A stretch of DNA of 64,000 nucleotides. Origin: Callorhinchus milii (lineage: Eukaryota). Of the stretch, positions 52,006-64,000 are shown in pieces (within the stretch, counting starts at the first letter, position 1; each line of letters begins with the position of its first letter). Position numbers and translations under genes: made by a program. Under the pieces are notes generated by a model. The model was not told the DNA's origin, did no database searches, and saw only the letters and a program-made list of their open reading frames with translations. The stretch lies in the NCBI RefSeq assembly GCF_018977255.1, contig NW_024704742.1, forward strand, positions 32,924,001 to 32,988,000. Reading direction: 5' to 3'.

Positions 52006-55000
52006 TTACTTTCTCCATGAGCCACTCCAAGGTTTTGCTCCTCTGTTTTTTCAGCTTTTATCTTTCGGACAAGGACTGTGGGGAAAATGAGTGACTGTAA
52101 TCATGGATGCTTTGAGTTTTGTTGTATTTAATATAAACGGCCTTGATTTATTATACATACAGAGGAGATCCTGCTGAAACAAGCTTGAGGGCTGAACAGT
52201 GCTGCCATTGGGGCTCCAGCATTATTCTGTGCATGTAAATAGACAGATTTTATATCTTCCAAATGTTTGCAGCAAACAGCCCATCTAACCATAGTACTAA
52301 AACATGGGGAGGCTAGACTAATAGATCCAGGCTGTGATGCCAGTTGCATAATGTGTGGAAATTATGTTGTGTATCCATAGTATCTTCAAGTAAATCTGGT
52401 ACTCAGCTTTCTGCATCACAATGAAATGCTAGGCAAAATTGTGTTGGAATTTCTGTCATTGAGACAGCACTGTTCATTAAAACAGACAGTTTTCCCACCA
52501 ATTGTTCACTGTGCCATTCTCATTCCTTTAAGAATTTCTCCATGATACTCATGTTTCTGTCAGTAATTCCCTCTTACGATCCTTTTGTCTCTAATTGACT
52601 CATTGCAAATGCACCTGTTTCTCCCAGTGCTAGAGACTTTCGGTTGTCAGAGGAATTCACTGTGACACCCTCATTACTGGTTGGAATAGTCTTTCTTCTC
52701 AAAGAATTCTGCTGAGACCTCTATTTCGTACAAGGATTTGGCATGCCATCAGTTGTTTCTCACAGAGATTTATTCTTATTGACTGAAACATCCTATAATG
52801 TCAACCATACACAATTAATAAGTTCCTTATTGTAAGTCTCTCAACTCCACTTTTTGCAGAAATGTATTGCCTGATTTTGATACATCTCATTAAGGTATGA
52901 TCTGGGATAGTGATTTGACATGTTATTTAGCAATAATGCTTTTATTTCAAATGGCAGCTCACTGCTTCCATTTTTTGCAGTTGTTCCTTTTCATCCTATT
53001 TCCTTCAGAGATTCATCAAGCAGCTCTCATTCAGCAAAGTTGCTCACCACCAACTCAGTATGTTTTCCCGTCAACTGATGCTAATAATATTAAACCTTAT
53101 TCAGATATTCAGGTTAAATCTCAAATTATTATCCTCTATATAAGGTTAGAATAGCTTGGTTGGTTTCATTTTAAATTCCTGTTTGGTGTTGAAGAGTAAA
53201 AAAAACCTCTATTTTGGGAATTCGATTATTTTGGAAGCAAATGTATTTGATCACAATAGGTCTGTTAAATTTATTTGGTGTTTTGGCTGTTATTAGTGTT
53301 AAAAAATGATTCATCTCCTCGTTTTCTTACACTGGCAGGCTAAGTAAGTTTTAGTTGAGAATTATTCAATTATCCGCACTGTTTGCTTATCTGAAATGGG
53401 ACCAATACTAATTAATGTGGATACTAAACTCTCTACGGTATGAATAATTGTGCTAGTCAACAAAAGCAACTGTTTTGTTAGTATTTTCCTTGCTTTCTTG
53501 AGTACCCAGTGTTCTAAAATAAATGCCAACTTTCACCAAGTTTACCCTGGAAGTGGGTGGGGGGGATTATTTTTTCCCAAATTTCATCATCTATAAATTA
53601 ATTAAAACTGAGATTCAACAATGTTTAATTGTTTAATCTAGTCCTGTGCTTAGCCTTATGACTTTCTTATACCTCTTAACATTCAATGGTATTCTTAACC
53701 ATTTAACGATCCACCTCGACAAGACCAACAACAACCTTCATTTATATAGCCCCCTTCTCATAGGGGAGGATCATGAAGCGCTTAATAGTTAGTTGACATA
53801 TTGGCAGCTGCCCTACGTGTTCTGGAGAGTTCTTAAACAGGCAGTAATGTACAGGAATTATAGATGTAGCATCAATAAATTGACAGACAGATAAAGTTTA
53901 GTGAAAACTAACTAGCATTGAATTGGAATTTTGGGAATATCACCCATGCAATGACACCGGTCAATGTTGAATTAACATGAGACTGAGTTCTAAGACCCAA
54001 AATTTCTCACAGTTTTAGTCGTTGTCTTAAAATGTAAGATGACAAAATTTTGGAAAGTTGTTCATTTCAATCTTAATTTTGAAGCTGGTTTTCCACCGTG
54101 ATTCCAAGATTGATACTGAACTTAAATAATTTTCCAAAATTCTACACGATTAAAATATTAAGACCATTTCGGGCCTCTGAAGTATTGACTTGATTAAGAT
54201 CAGAGAGAGATTTGACAGTTTCCTTTCCTAGCAGGCAATCTTACCTGTGGCTATTTACTTCTCCCTGAAGATTTAAGTTTAAGTACACTGCAGTGAGACT
54301 AACAAACATCAGCTTGTGCACGATTCATTAGAAGGTGTTTGCTTGATGATCTGAATGGCCTTTTTTGTCCCTTTCTTCCTTTATGTTATCAAAAGCAATT
54401 TGCATCAGTTGAAAGCAAACAAAAATGAAAGCAGTCACTTTCCTCCAGGGCAAGCAGGCGCCAAGAAGTGACCTAAATATAAAAACCTTTATTTGCAGCT
54501 TGGGTGGGGAATCACTTCCAGGAAAAATAATATAAAATGGTCTATTTATTTAGTGAAGGTCATTAAGCTCCTGGCATCTAAGATGGTGATCAGAAAACAC
54601 ATATTCCAGCCAGTGGTTTGTTCAAAAATACATCTGGTGCTCATTGATGCCTATGCCTGCTACAGTACAGTGATTGTGCTATTAAGGACTGGAAGTGGTA
54701 TAAGCGGAAGAGTAATCAAACACAAGTGGCAATGCAGAAGAAAGGCAAGGAACACACTTCAGGTAGAACAGAGAGAACACTCAAGGAGAGCTAATACTGG
54801 CAAAAGAGATTGAGCAAAATATATGAATCATAAAGTGTTGAGATATCATGATTTGCTCAAACTGATGAAAAAGAGCCAGAGCTGACCACCAAAGAGAAGG
54901 CAACATTTGTCTGTGAAGGAGTCCACTGTGAACCTTTGATGTATCTCAAAGGCAATTTAGATACATCACTTCATAAGGTTTCCCCAATGTCAATTTATCA

Positions 55001-55124
55001 CCTCCTGAAAAAGGTGTATGAGATTAGTCACACGCATTCACTCTATTCTAAAGCTGAGCTAGTTGTCATTCATTAGTTATTTTTCTCTACAGGAACTCTT
55101 CAATATCAATCTTTCCAATTAATT

Positions 55125-55215
55125 GGATAGCCGGGTGTCTGACACATGCGAAAATCCATCACCATGTTTAAGAGTATCCAAACCAAGCTGAGAATTCCAT
55201 ACACTCCTATTCCTC
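55125..55215 (-). mobile_element. Repeat family C 3' fragment
   Basis: ggtgtctgacacatgcg..ttaagagtatccaaaccaa. Confidence 0.7.
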
Positions 55216-56179
55216 ACCTGCAGCAATGTCAGCCACTAATCAGATATCCCATTATAACTGTACTTTGTCAAAGGTTCTAATGTGTACCTCGGGATGAAAT
55301 GTTTACCTGTCTGTTAATATTGCCATATATCTATTAGTAAAGAAAATACATTTGGTGTAGCCACTTATCGAGTTAAAAAATTGAAAACGCTTCACATAAT
55401 GAATTATTTTGAAATGCAGCTGCTCTTGTACTGTCGATAAATTGTGCCCTTCTAGAATATAAATTTCTGCATTAGTGCAGTTAATCTTAGGGATTGAATT
55501 TGAGTAGCAGAAGTAATACAGAAAAACCCTGTAAACTGTGAGATTTAATTTTAAGATTTTGGAAAAATGTGAAAATACACAAAAGTTTAATTGCACTGAG
55601 GAACACCTAGTTAGTTAGCAACTGTCTACAAGCACATGTATATTTCTGTCATCCATCAGACTGTTTTGGATCACATTCAATTACTTGGCTCTCATGATGC
55701 GTGCTGAACTGTGCATGTGCAATTTGAGGTAGAGGGTTCACACAAGCAAAGCTTACGATTGGCCTTGAAGCTCTTGTTCAAGAAATACATTGAAACAGGG
55801 ACTTATGGCATGGTGCAGCATAGATGTCTGTAGAACAGAAGATTCATTATTGAATGTAATTGGAAAGAATGGAAGTCCCCCCAGTATTTCTCAAGCAATA
55901 CTGTAATTTCTCGACATAAACAAGTAGCCTCACACAAACGGAAAATTTGGCATTGGTATTCAGTTTTATAACAAACATACACTATTAAACAGATCATAGA
56001 TGCAGAGCAATGGTTTACAGCTGCATTCACCACTTAAAGATATTAGGTTTTGGAAGTTATTAAAAGTAGAATTAACAAGCTTGTAGATAAATGTGAAATA
56101 TCCCCAGGAAATTGTCATTGGGGGTGGGTGGAAGGAGGGAGGAAGGAAAGAAGGAATCAGGAGGATGAACTCATATAGT

Positions 56180-56480
56180 TTCAACTGATACTTCAATGAA
56201 ATGTTAGGGATATCTTGCCTCATTAGAGGTGTTATCCTTCCAATGAGATGTTGAACTGCATGTTCAGGTGAACGACAAAAATCCTGTGGCACTATTTCAA
56301 AAGAGAAGAACAAAATGTCCTGGCTTATAATTCCCCACATAAAATTAGACATGCACTTCATGACGGTTTGAGAAAATTGATTGTCACAATAGCCAACAAA
56401 TGCACAGTCACAGTAAAATTCTATGAAATGTTTTGAGATGTCTTGAAGACATGATAGCATGGGATATCAAATGCAAGATT
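56180..56480 (+). mobile_element. SINE family B, degraded
   Basis: agaggtgttatccttccaatgagatgttgaa..gtggcactatttc and tail. Confidence 0.75.
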
Positions 56481-56727
56481 TGATCCAGTGTCTGCAAAGC
56501 AAAGATGCTCAGTGCGCAGGAAGTGATGTCCATAGCAACCTTATGACTTGGAAGTCAAACATTTTTGTAAAAAAAAGGAATTAATTTTGCTCACTTTGGA
56601 AAAAANGTGGAAAACCCGATGAATACTGATTTACCGATTATAATTGGAAACTATAACACAACCCTCTAAGAAAACGAAATGAAGCAATGCTTTGCCACAG
56701 TGGCACAATAAAAGATTTCAAACTCTG

Positions 56728-57168
56728 TGTGTCAGCCTGGCTCAGTGGTAACACTCTCGCCTCTGAGTTAGAAGGTTTTAGGTTCAAGCTCCACATCAGG
56801 ACGCAGAATTACATAAATCTAACATGACGCTCCAATACAGTGTTGGAGATATGTTGCATTGTCAGAGGTGCCATCCTTCAGATGATACGTTAAACCGAGG
56901 TCCCGCCTGCCTGTTCAGGTGGATGTTAAAGATCCCGTGGCATTGTTTGAAAAGAGAAGGTGGTTTCTCCCGATGTCCAGGCCAACAACCCCAAAAATAA
57001 AATTGGTCATTCATTCCATAGCTGTTTGTGGGACATTGCTGTGCACAAAAAGCTGCCATGTTTCACCCACAAAATACACAGTCAAACCACTTTACAGTAT
57101 ATCCTGTGAAGTGCTTTGAGATGTCTCGATGACATGATAAGGCACTATATCAAATGCAAGGATTATTT
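56728..57168 (+). mobile_element. SINE family B, best-preserved full-length copy
   Basis: A box ggctcagtgg, B box ggttcaagctcc, intact Deu core, tail. Confidence 0.92.
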
Positions 57169-57534
57169 AATTATCATGGTGTAACTGACTCTGAAGAACT
57201 GGCATAAATTAAATGTAACATGAAAGTTCAGGAAGCAAAGAGTTAGAGAGGTCTGGCTTAATTTCTAGTTTGAGTCTCTGGAGCCAGGATATTTTAAGAA
57301 TCATACACTAATTTATACATAAATAGAATAATTACAGTGATTTCTCTAGAGGTTAAGTTTGCTTATTAACCATTTACTCTGGACCATATTTTTTCTAATT
57401 AAGACTATGATTTGGTCCTGAAACTGGTCAGTCTGTGCTTCCACTGTTTCAAATTAATCCACTGTTCAGTACAAGGAAACTGAATTTTATTTCATCCACT
57501 TTTCTTCCTTTTGAAACTTACCTTGTTAGCTGTA

Positions 57535-57830
57535 CTTTCGGTCTTTTTTACTCAGAAAGAAATGAATGACTGGAATAGGTTGATTGCCAGAAAGGACGGT
57601 TGAGGCCTGTATACTGGACTTATTTAGAAAGCAGCTTGATACTATGATGGGAGGGGTATTGTGAAGGAATGAGATTAGATGATCTGAAGGGTCTTCTTCA
57701 GTCAAATCAATCTGATGATCTTTCCCCTTCTCACCCTCTTCAGATCCCACCCACCCCCTGCTTGAGTGCGAGATAGCAGTGTAAAACGGCCTCCCAATGC
57801 GAAAGGCACTTTGTAAATGCAAATTGTAAA
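57535..57830 (+). mobile_element. CR1 3' end followed by an L2 tail
   Basis: WNRL..VEA..F.KQLD coding remnant; then atgcgaaaggcactttgtaaatgcaaattg. Confidence 0.6.
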
Positions 57831-58961
57831 TTGTATTTCCGGTGGTGAAGGTGGTGAATCTTATTGGGTTATGATTCCACTTGCCAGGTCAATGGTATCT
57901 CATTGATGTGATGAGCGTTCTTCACTGTACAAGTAAAATAAATACACTGTACAAATAAAGACAAGCTATGTGACTGTGGAGGACAGCAGAGCAGAGCAGG
58001 AGCTGCTCTTAAACTGACGTCTCCACACTTTTTAGTAAAATAGCAGTCAGGAGCAGAAACCTTGGGGAGATTTCCTCTCCCTAGCCCAGGGACAATGAGG
58101 TCAGTTTTAGCATCACCAAATACATCTGGCAAAACCCAAAACAGACTGATTTTTCTCAGCAGCATAGCACATGCATTTCTCCATTGGATATACCAGAAAA
58201 CAAATCTTTATCCAAATGTTCTCCTGCAGAGTAAGCTAGGCAGCACAGTAATAAAAAAGGAAGCTGTGTAGCTCACAGTTAGACACAGCATAAAGAAAAT
58301 GCTCTGAATGTAAACATGTGCTACTGAATAGTTCATCAGCTTATCCTCATTGTGACAATGAATTATTTCTGTCTGAATAATACAACACGCCACAGAACAA
58401 AAAATATGGAAACGCTTACACACTTATGGGGAAATGCAGCTGGTGAGGAAAACATATTGTAAGGATGACCCTGTGCTCTACAAGTATGAAATACAATACA
58501 ATACAAATTTACATTTATCTCGCTCTTTTCACATCGGGAGGATATCCCAAAGCAACTAACAGTACTGGCTTGGCACCCGAGCTGGTGCTGGGAGCCAAAA
58601 TAGAAATAGAGAAGATTTTGATAATTTCATTTGTTTAATAGCATTTATGAATAAAATTTGCCCATATAACTTCTTTTCCCTCCAAATTGTCTTGATTCTT
58701 TAATAGGGAACAACATGAAAGCATGTGTTTGAATGAATGTTATCTTGCCTGTGTGAGTCACACCAAGCCTATACTCAAGATTATTTTAATTCAGGGGAAA
58801 GTGGGACACACTTGAGGTCTTTGATATTCAACAAAAGGAGTCAGGTAATTAAAAGCCATTTATTGCCCATGAAAAAAGCTTTTAAAGCTTGAAATGTGCT
58901 ACCTTATACATATTATGTACTACATGGTCAGTGCTGAATGTCATGTCTATCTTCGTGATAT

Positions 58962-59122
58962 AGTGCGCAGTTGGCTGCGTTGGTCTATCTGTGCGCAATT
59001 GGCTGCTGTGTTTCGCCCACAAAACATACAATCAATTCACTTTATAGTGTATTCTGTGAAGTGCTTTGAGATATCTTGAAGATGTGATAAGGTGCTATAT
59101 CAAATGCAAGGATTATTATTAC
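58962..59122 (+). mobile_element. SINE family A 3' fragment
   Basis: Matches the family A tail. Confidence 0.85.
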
Positions 59123-60889
59123 TATGTAGCAGAATTACTGCTTAAAACCTAGCAGGATTTTCCTCAAGGGATTATGCCTAAGTAACAATAGTGTCAATCT
59201 GTAGAGAAGCAAAAAATGGCTATTTCATCCTCAATGGAAACATAAGAAACATAAGGTTTTGATTTCCATTGTAGGGCATCAACAGCTGAAGAAACAATAA
59301 AGAACAGCTGGATTATTCCATTATTTTACTGCTAAATTATGTCACTCTAAAGTGTGCTCCTGAGAACCCGCAATTACAGAAACTACTGAGCATTTCACAT
59401 TGGCACCTAATCCTGAAGAACATAATTGCTTTGCTCACGGAAACAGTCCACACAATAAGGTTATAGGGTAAGACAACAGATCAGTGGTAACCTGGTTTCT
59501 ATTTGACACTACAATATAAACATTAACAGCTAGAGACTGGTCAGCAGATTTAAACATATATTTGTATATGTGTCCAACAACTCATAGTTTAAACAAAACT
59601 TTTTGTATGATTGAAAATTGATTCATTAGTCTCAGCTGAAATAACGTCTCGGATTTCCATTTCCTAAAGGTTACAGCTTAGCCAGTTCCCACTAGCCCAA
59701 TTTTGAGGAGAGTTTTATGCTTGTAAGATCTCCATCACTTCCCATTTCCCTGAAATCCATTAATTATTATAGAGTTTTTCCCATGTGTGCAAGTACTTTG
59801 TAGTGTGGGTTCAGGAGATTTTAAACCCAATTTCAAAACTTTCCAGCATTATTTGACAATCTACCTATCTGAGTCTATTTTATCACATCAGACTAGTTCC
59901 TGAGAACTCGTAAAATTACTGTGGCTATGTTGCTGTTACTTGAACAGTACTAAGCAACTGTAACAAATAGAAATCATTTGTGTGCATTAATTTGTAGTAA
60001 AACAATATATATGTATGATATATATCTAATACATATCTATATCATAACACTGTAGGCCACCAGCATTCAAAATGAATTATTGCTCAAAGCATATATATGC
60101 CAGAAATGCATTCAATTGGAAGGAATAGGAATAAACTAACAATCCAGGCTCCAGGGGGAGTTTGGAATGGCATCCAATTACCAACTTTAAACAAGTGTTG
60201 ATGTTTAAAAGGTGTTTTTTTCCTTTCAGGATTCTGGACCCTATAGAATATTGAAACAGACGAATATGCATGGGCCTCTTTGTAACATGAGCCAAATCAA
60301 GCTGTAATTGCAGCCAACTCCAAATAGAATGTTCATTTTGCTGGTGGTGGTAGGTAAATGTCATCCCATTAGGTGGTATGAAGTCCAACAGGCTTTCCTT
60401 TTTCTGGACAAATGATCATTTCTAGTTGAGAATTAGATTTTCTTGGTAGCAATTACCATTATACCCACTGATGAGGCCAATCAGTTGTCTCTCGGAAGAT
60501 CCAACTGAATCCCCAGGGGCAAGAAAGGAAGATAGGTTGAACCTAATGTTTATGATATCTTCAACAGCTATGCAGACCTATTCTTAAAAACTACAATGGG
60601 GCCAAATAGAATGGATGGAAAAAGGCATTTTGGCCCCTGATCACACTTACCTCAGGATAACCACTTCTCCTTAAATGTTACAAAAAATAAACTGTTCAAA
60701 TGCAAAGGAATAGCTTTGTTTCTTTAACGTTAACCTTCTACAACTAAAATAAACACTAAAAACAGACCTTCTTTTGAAAGAGGGTGATATTATAAAATCA
60801 GTGAAGTTTGTGTGTCATAGTATACATAGATTTCCAAATGACCTATGGCAGAATACCATACGAGAGATCCCTTAACAAAGTAATGCCAC

Positions 60890-61400
60890 TGAGTATCAAG
60901 GATAAGATATGGACAAGGATTTAGTAATTGGTGAAAGGATACAACCGGAGAGTAGTTGTAAGGAGTTCCAGGTTAAAGAGTATAGAGCTATTTATTGAAG
61001 CGTTTCAGGGTTCCTTGCTGGGAGGCCTCTTGCTCCTAGTATACATAAATGACCTGAATCCACAGACTCAATGTAAAGTAATTAAAATTGCAGATTTTAT
61101 CACATCAAGGGACATTATGGAATCAGAAGAGTCAGTCGAGGTCTTATAAAGAGAACTTAATAATGTTTGCATCTGGGCTGATCACTAGCAAGTAAAGTTT
61201 AATGTAAATGCATTCAAGGTACCATGTATAGGAAGAAAAATACAAAGCACATCTATTCACTTTATGGGTTGCATAGAAGTTGCCAAGAGGAAAGCTGAAA
61301 AAGATCTGTGGGGCATTAGTTGGCTCATTGCGATCCATGTCCAAACAGTGTGAGGCAACACTAAACAGGCTAACAGCGTGCTTATTCTTATAACAGTTCC
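60890..61400 (+). mobile_element. CR1-clade RT fragment, old
   Basis: FQGSLLGGLLLLVYINDL..KIADF; WADH*QVKFNV; EKDL. Confidence 0.8.
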
Positions 61401-61464
61401 ATTCAGATTAACAGTTAACTCTTTCAAAATATGAAATAAGTCTAGAAGGAACTAACAAGCGCAG

Positions 61465-62215
61465 TAGTTCCAGCTCTCAGTTTCCAAGCCATCGGCAAGG
61501 TTTGGAAGGGCTGACTGGTCATGGGGGACAGGAAATCCTCCCACTCAGCTCCCATTAACCCTGCAAGGCAAGGCCCTGATGGGTACGGCTTTCCTAGTTG
61601 GACAATCAGCAGAAAAGCTTGCTAGAGTCCTGTAGCTCAGTGGTTAAAGCACTCGCTTTGCAAGCGAGTGACCTGAGTTCAATTCCAGGCAGGGCGAAAC
61701 CTTGGGCAAGTTTCCTTACTCCACACCCCTAATAATAATCCCTCCAAAGCCAAAAACAATAATAAATTGGTCATTTTCAATCTACGACTGTTTGTGGGAC
61801 ATTGCTGTGTGCAATTGGCTGCCGCGTTCGCCCACAAATATACAGTCAATTCACTTTACAGTGTGTTCTGTGAAGCGCTTTGGGACGTCCTCCCGACGTG
61901 AAAAGTGCTATATGAAATGCAAGGATTAAATTAAATTAGAGAGTGTTCCTATGCGGTTTTAGCTGGTTAGACTCCATCAGTACCCCCAACATAGTCTGAG
62001 GCCGCCAAGCCTTGGCTCTTGCCAACCTGCAATTAATAGTTTTGGTAATTAGGTCAGCAGGATGTGTTCCTCCAGAGAAAGAGTGCACTTCCATTCCAAC
62101 CATCTATATCTGGGATTTCCATGTGTAGGTGGGATGCATGGAACTTTCAGTTTGGTTTGGATACTCTTAATCACAGTGATGGCTTTCTGCATGTGTCAGG
62201 CACCTTGCAACATAC
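61465..62215 (+). mobile_element. Repeat family C interrupted by SINE A; extra internal fragment at ~62228-62305
   Basis: gaaaagcttgctag|..|tgcggttttagctgg rejoins as in 20150-20195. Confidence 0.75.
61625..61930 (+). mobile_element. SINE family A, short form
   Basis: Shares diagnostic gggacgtcctcccgacgtgaaaag and ttttcaatctacgac with 4413-4729. Confidence 0.92.
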
Positions 62216-63200
62216 AACAACCAATACAGTTTTAGTTGGTTAAAATCCAACAGTGCTCCAATGCACAATTTGTTTCCCCAAGCCTTGGCTTTTCCCAACC
62301 TGACTTAAATTGTTCCAGTTTAATAATGCTGCTATAAGAGAAAATGGTCTTAAAAGCTGCATTGAAAGGCAAGTATTAAGACAAACCATCATAACAAGTC
62401 GAATTAAAGACCTAGATTAAGTGTAATAAAGCACAATAACTGATATTTATTAAATTCTCATTAGCTTACTTATTCTGGTATGTATGTATGAAAAAATGTC
62501 TTTAAATGCAACATCCTTCATGAGACAAAGGGGTAAACATTCAGCAGGTGGTGTTATCACCAATGACAATTACAACATTGATCATGAATGCAGTCAGATG
62601 CAGTCAGTAGTTATCCGTGGACTCGAGAAAAGTTCCCTTCAATAACCATTCACTCTGCTTTTTACCACATTTTTGGTCGATGTGATTATTTATTGGTGCT
62701 GCTATCACATGTCACATTTTCCCCCTGAACTATTTCCATTCACCTGAAAAAAAGTTTCCCAGCAGTTTGTGCTCTGTTGGGGATGTAACTGTACTCGGAC
62801 ACATGACTGTTTCATAAGATAGTTTCATAAAGTTTTGCACATGAGATCACAATTGAAGCATTTCACTAACCTGCAAACAAATTAATGAAGTATTGGAAAT
62901 ATGTTTTATCTTCTGCTGGGTTTAACAAGCATTACTGGAGTAACAGAAGACAAATGAACTATGCTGACACAGAACCCCAGGACGATTTCCTGATTCCTGA
63001 GGCGAGTTCTGAAGAGGAAGCCACTTTACAAATCCATTAAACTGGAAAAAAATGGCAAAAGCTGACAGGAAAGAAGTAGATGTGTCACAGCTGGCTGAGT
63101 TTTATTGATCACTCTGACATGTCAAATGACAGTAAAGTGCTCTTGTTTCCAACAATTTGTGAAGTTCTCCTTTCCTTGAACTTTGGAATCCAATGAGAGA

Positions 63201-63214
63201 GTTGCCATAGAAAC
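63201..63214. promoter_or_regulatory. RFX X-box motif match
   Basis: GTTGCCATAGAAAC fits the palindromic X-box consensus; motif match only. Confidence 0.35.
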
Positions 63215-63449
63215 AAGTGCCTTTTCATTTATTTATTTTCAACCCAAGTGTTTCTATTAACCTTTGACTCATCCTATTTGCCCTCTCTCTTATAAAGAGA
63301 CTCCCCAACTCACGATTTCAAATCTGATAAAAGAGTCACACATGAAATTTTTATTTATCTTTCCCTTTCATGTGCTTGTTGACCTGCTATGTTTATTTCC
63401 GGCAATTTTGTTTTATTTTGCCTTCTGATCTCCAATGTACTAGAATAGG

Positions 63450-63835
63450 TGTCAGCCTCAGACAGGCTCAGTTGGTAGCACTCTTAACTCTGAGTCAGAA
63501 AGTTATTGGTTCAAGTTTCACGTCAGGTCGTTGTACTCAAACAGGCTAGTCTGATACTTCAAATCAATGGGGAAAATTGTATTGTTTGAGATGTCGTTCT
63601 TCAGATGAGATATTAAACAAAGTCTGCCTGCTCAGGTGGACAGAATGGTTTCTCCCTCTGTCCTGGCCAACAATCGTCCAGATAAAATTGATCATCTGTT
63701 TGTGGATCAATGCTGTCTTCAAATTAGTTGCTGCATTTTCCTACAAAGATCAGTCACTACACTTGACAGTAATCATTATAAAGAGCTTTGAGATGCTTTA
63801 ACGTAATAAGGCACTGGAAATAAAAGCAAGCTGTT
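63450..63835 (+). mobile_element. SINE family B, near full length
   Basis: ggctcagttggtagcactc..ctctgagtcagaa head, Deu core, tail. Confidence 0.82.
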
Positions 63836-64000
63836 TCTTCAGAGGGGCTTTGCTGAGGCTGCAACCCTTTCCTTCACCTTCCCAGATATGCTTATCTTAT
63901 AGCTGAGTGAAACCATGAAATGGGAAGAAAAACAGAGAGCTCACCCACTCACATATTTAGCATCTAAGTTAGCAAAGCAAATTCTTTAACTGATTAATGT

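Noticed and set aside
54720..54990. Faint Gypsy-integrase-like words (GTHF, LKES*YW, FRYI) across frames
   Set aside because: Needs several frameshifts and stops; too weak without a profile search.
11067..56606. Isolated N bases
   Set aside because: All sit in or at the end of A/T homopolymers; sequencing artefact, not biology.
62886..63050. Short ORF ending MNYADTEPQDDFLIPEASSEEEATLQIH
   Set aside because: No recognisable homology or convincing splice context.
1..64000. Recurring tail sequences as a CRISPR-like array
   Set aside because: They are dispersed, in both orientations and irregularly spaced retroposon ends in a vertebrate context.

Overview
AT-rich, repeat-dense vertebrate non-coding DNA (intronic or intergenic). 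I could not identify any host protein-coding gene, rRNA, true tRNA or CRISPR array. The longer ORFs in the supplied track are mostly decayed retroelement frames or their antisense frames. The repeat content points to a cartilaginous fish, probably a holocephalan such as elephant shark (inference). It comprises L2-clade LINEs with (TTG)n tails, CR1-clade LINE fragments, a Deu-domain tRNA-SINE (here family B) and a younger tRNA/CORE-like SINE sharing B's 3' end (family A). Lone Ns inside homopolymers suggest a pyrosequencing-era assembly. Most notable: (1) an unclassified ~500-bp oligo(A)-ended repeat (family C) whose 5' stem shows two compensatory base-pair changes between copies around a ribozyme-like CTRATGA motif; (2) repeated independent insertions into the same TTTATATAGC motif of older L2/SINE tails; (3) a fossil RTE/RTEX-like reverse transcriptase split by L2 insertions; (4) an 81-nt hairpin whose only mismatches are G-U wobbles; (5) a fossil PHD finger; (6) local duplications that preserve empty insertion sites. 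All repeat boundaries were read by eye and are approximate.
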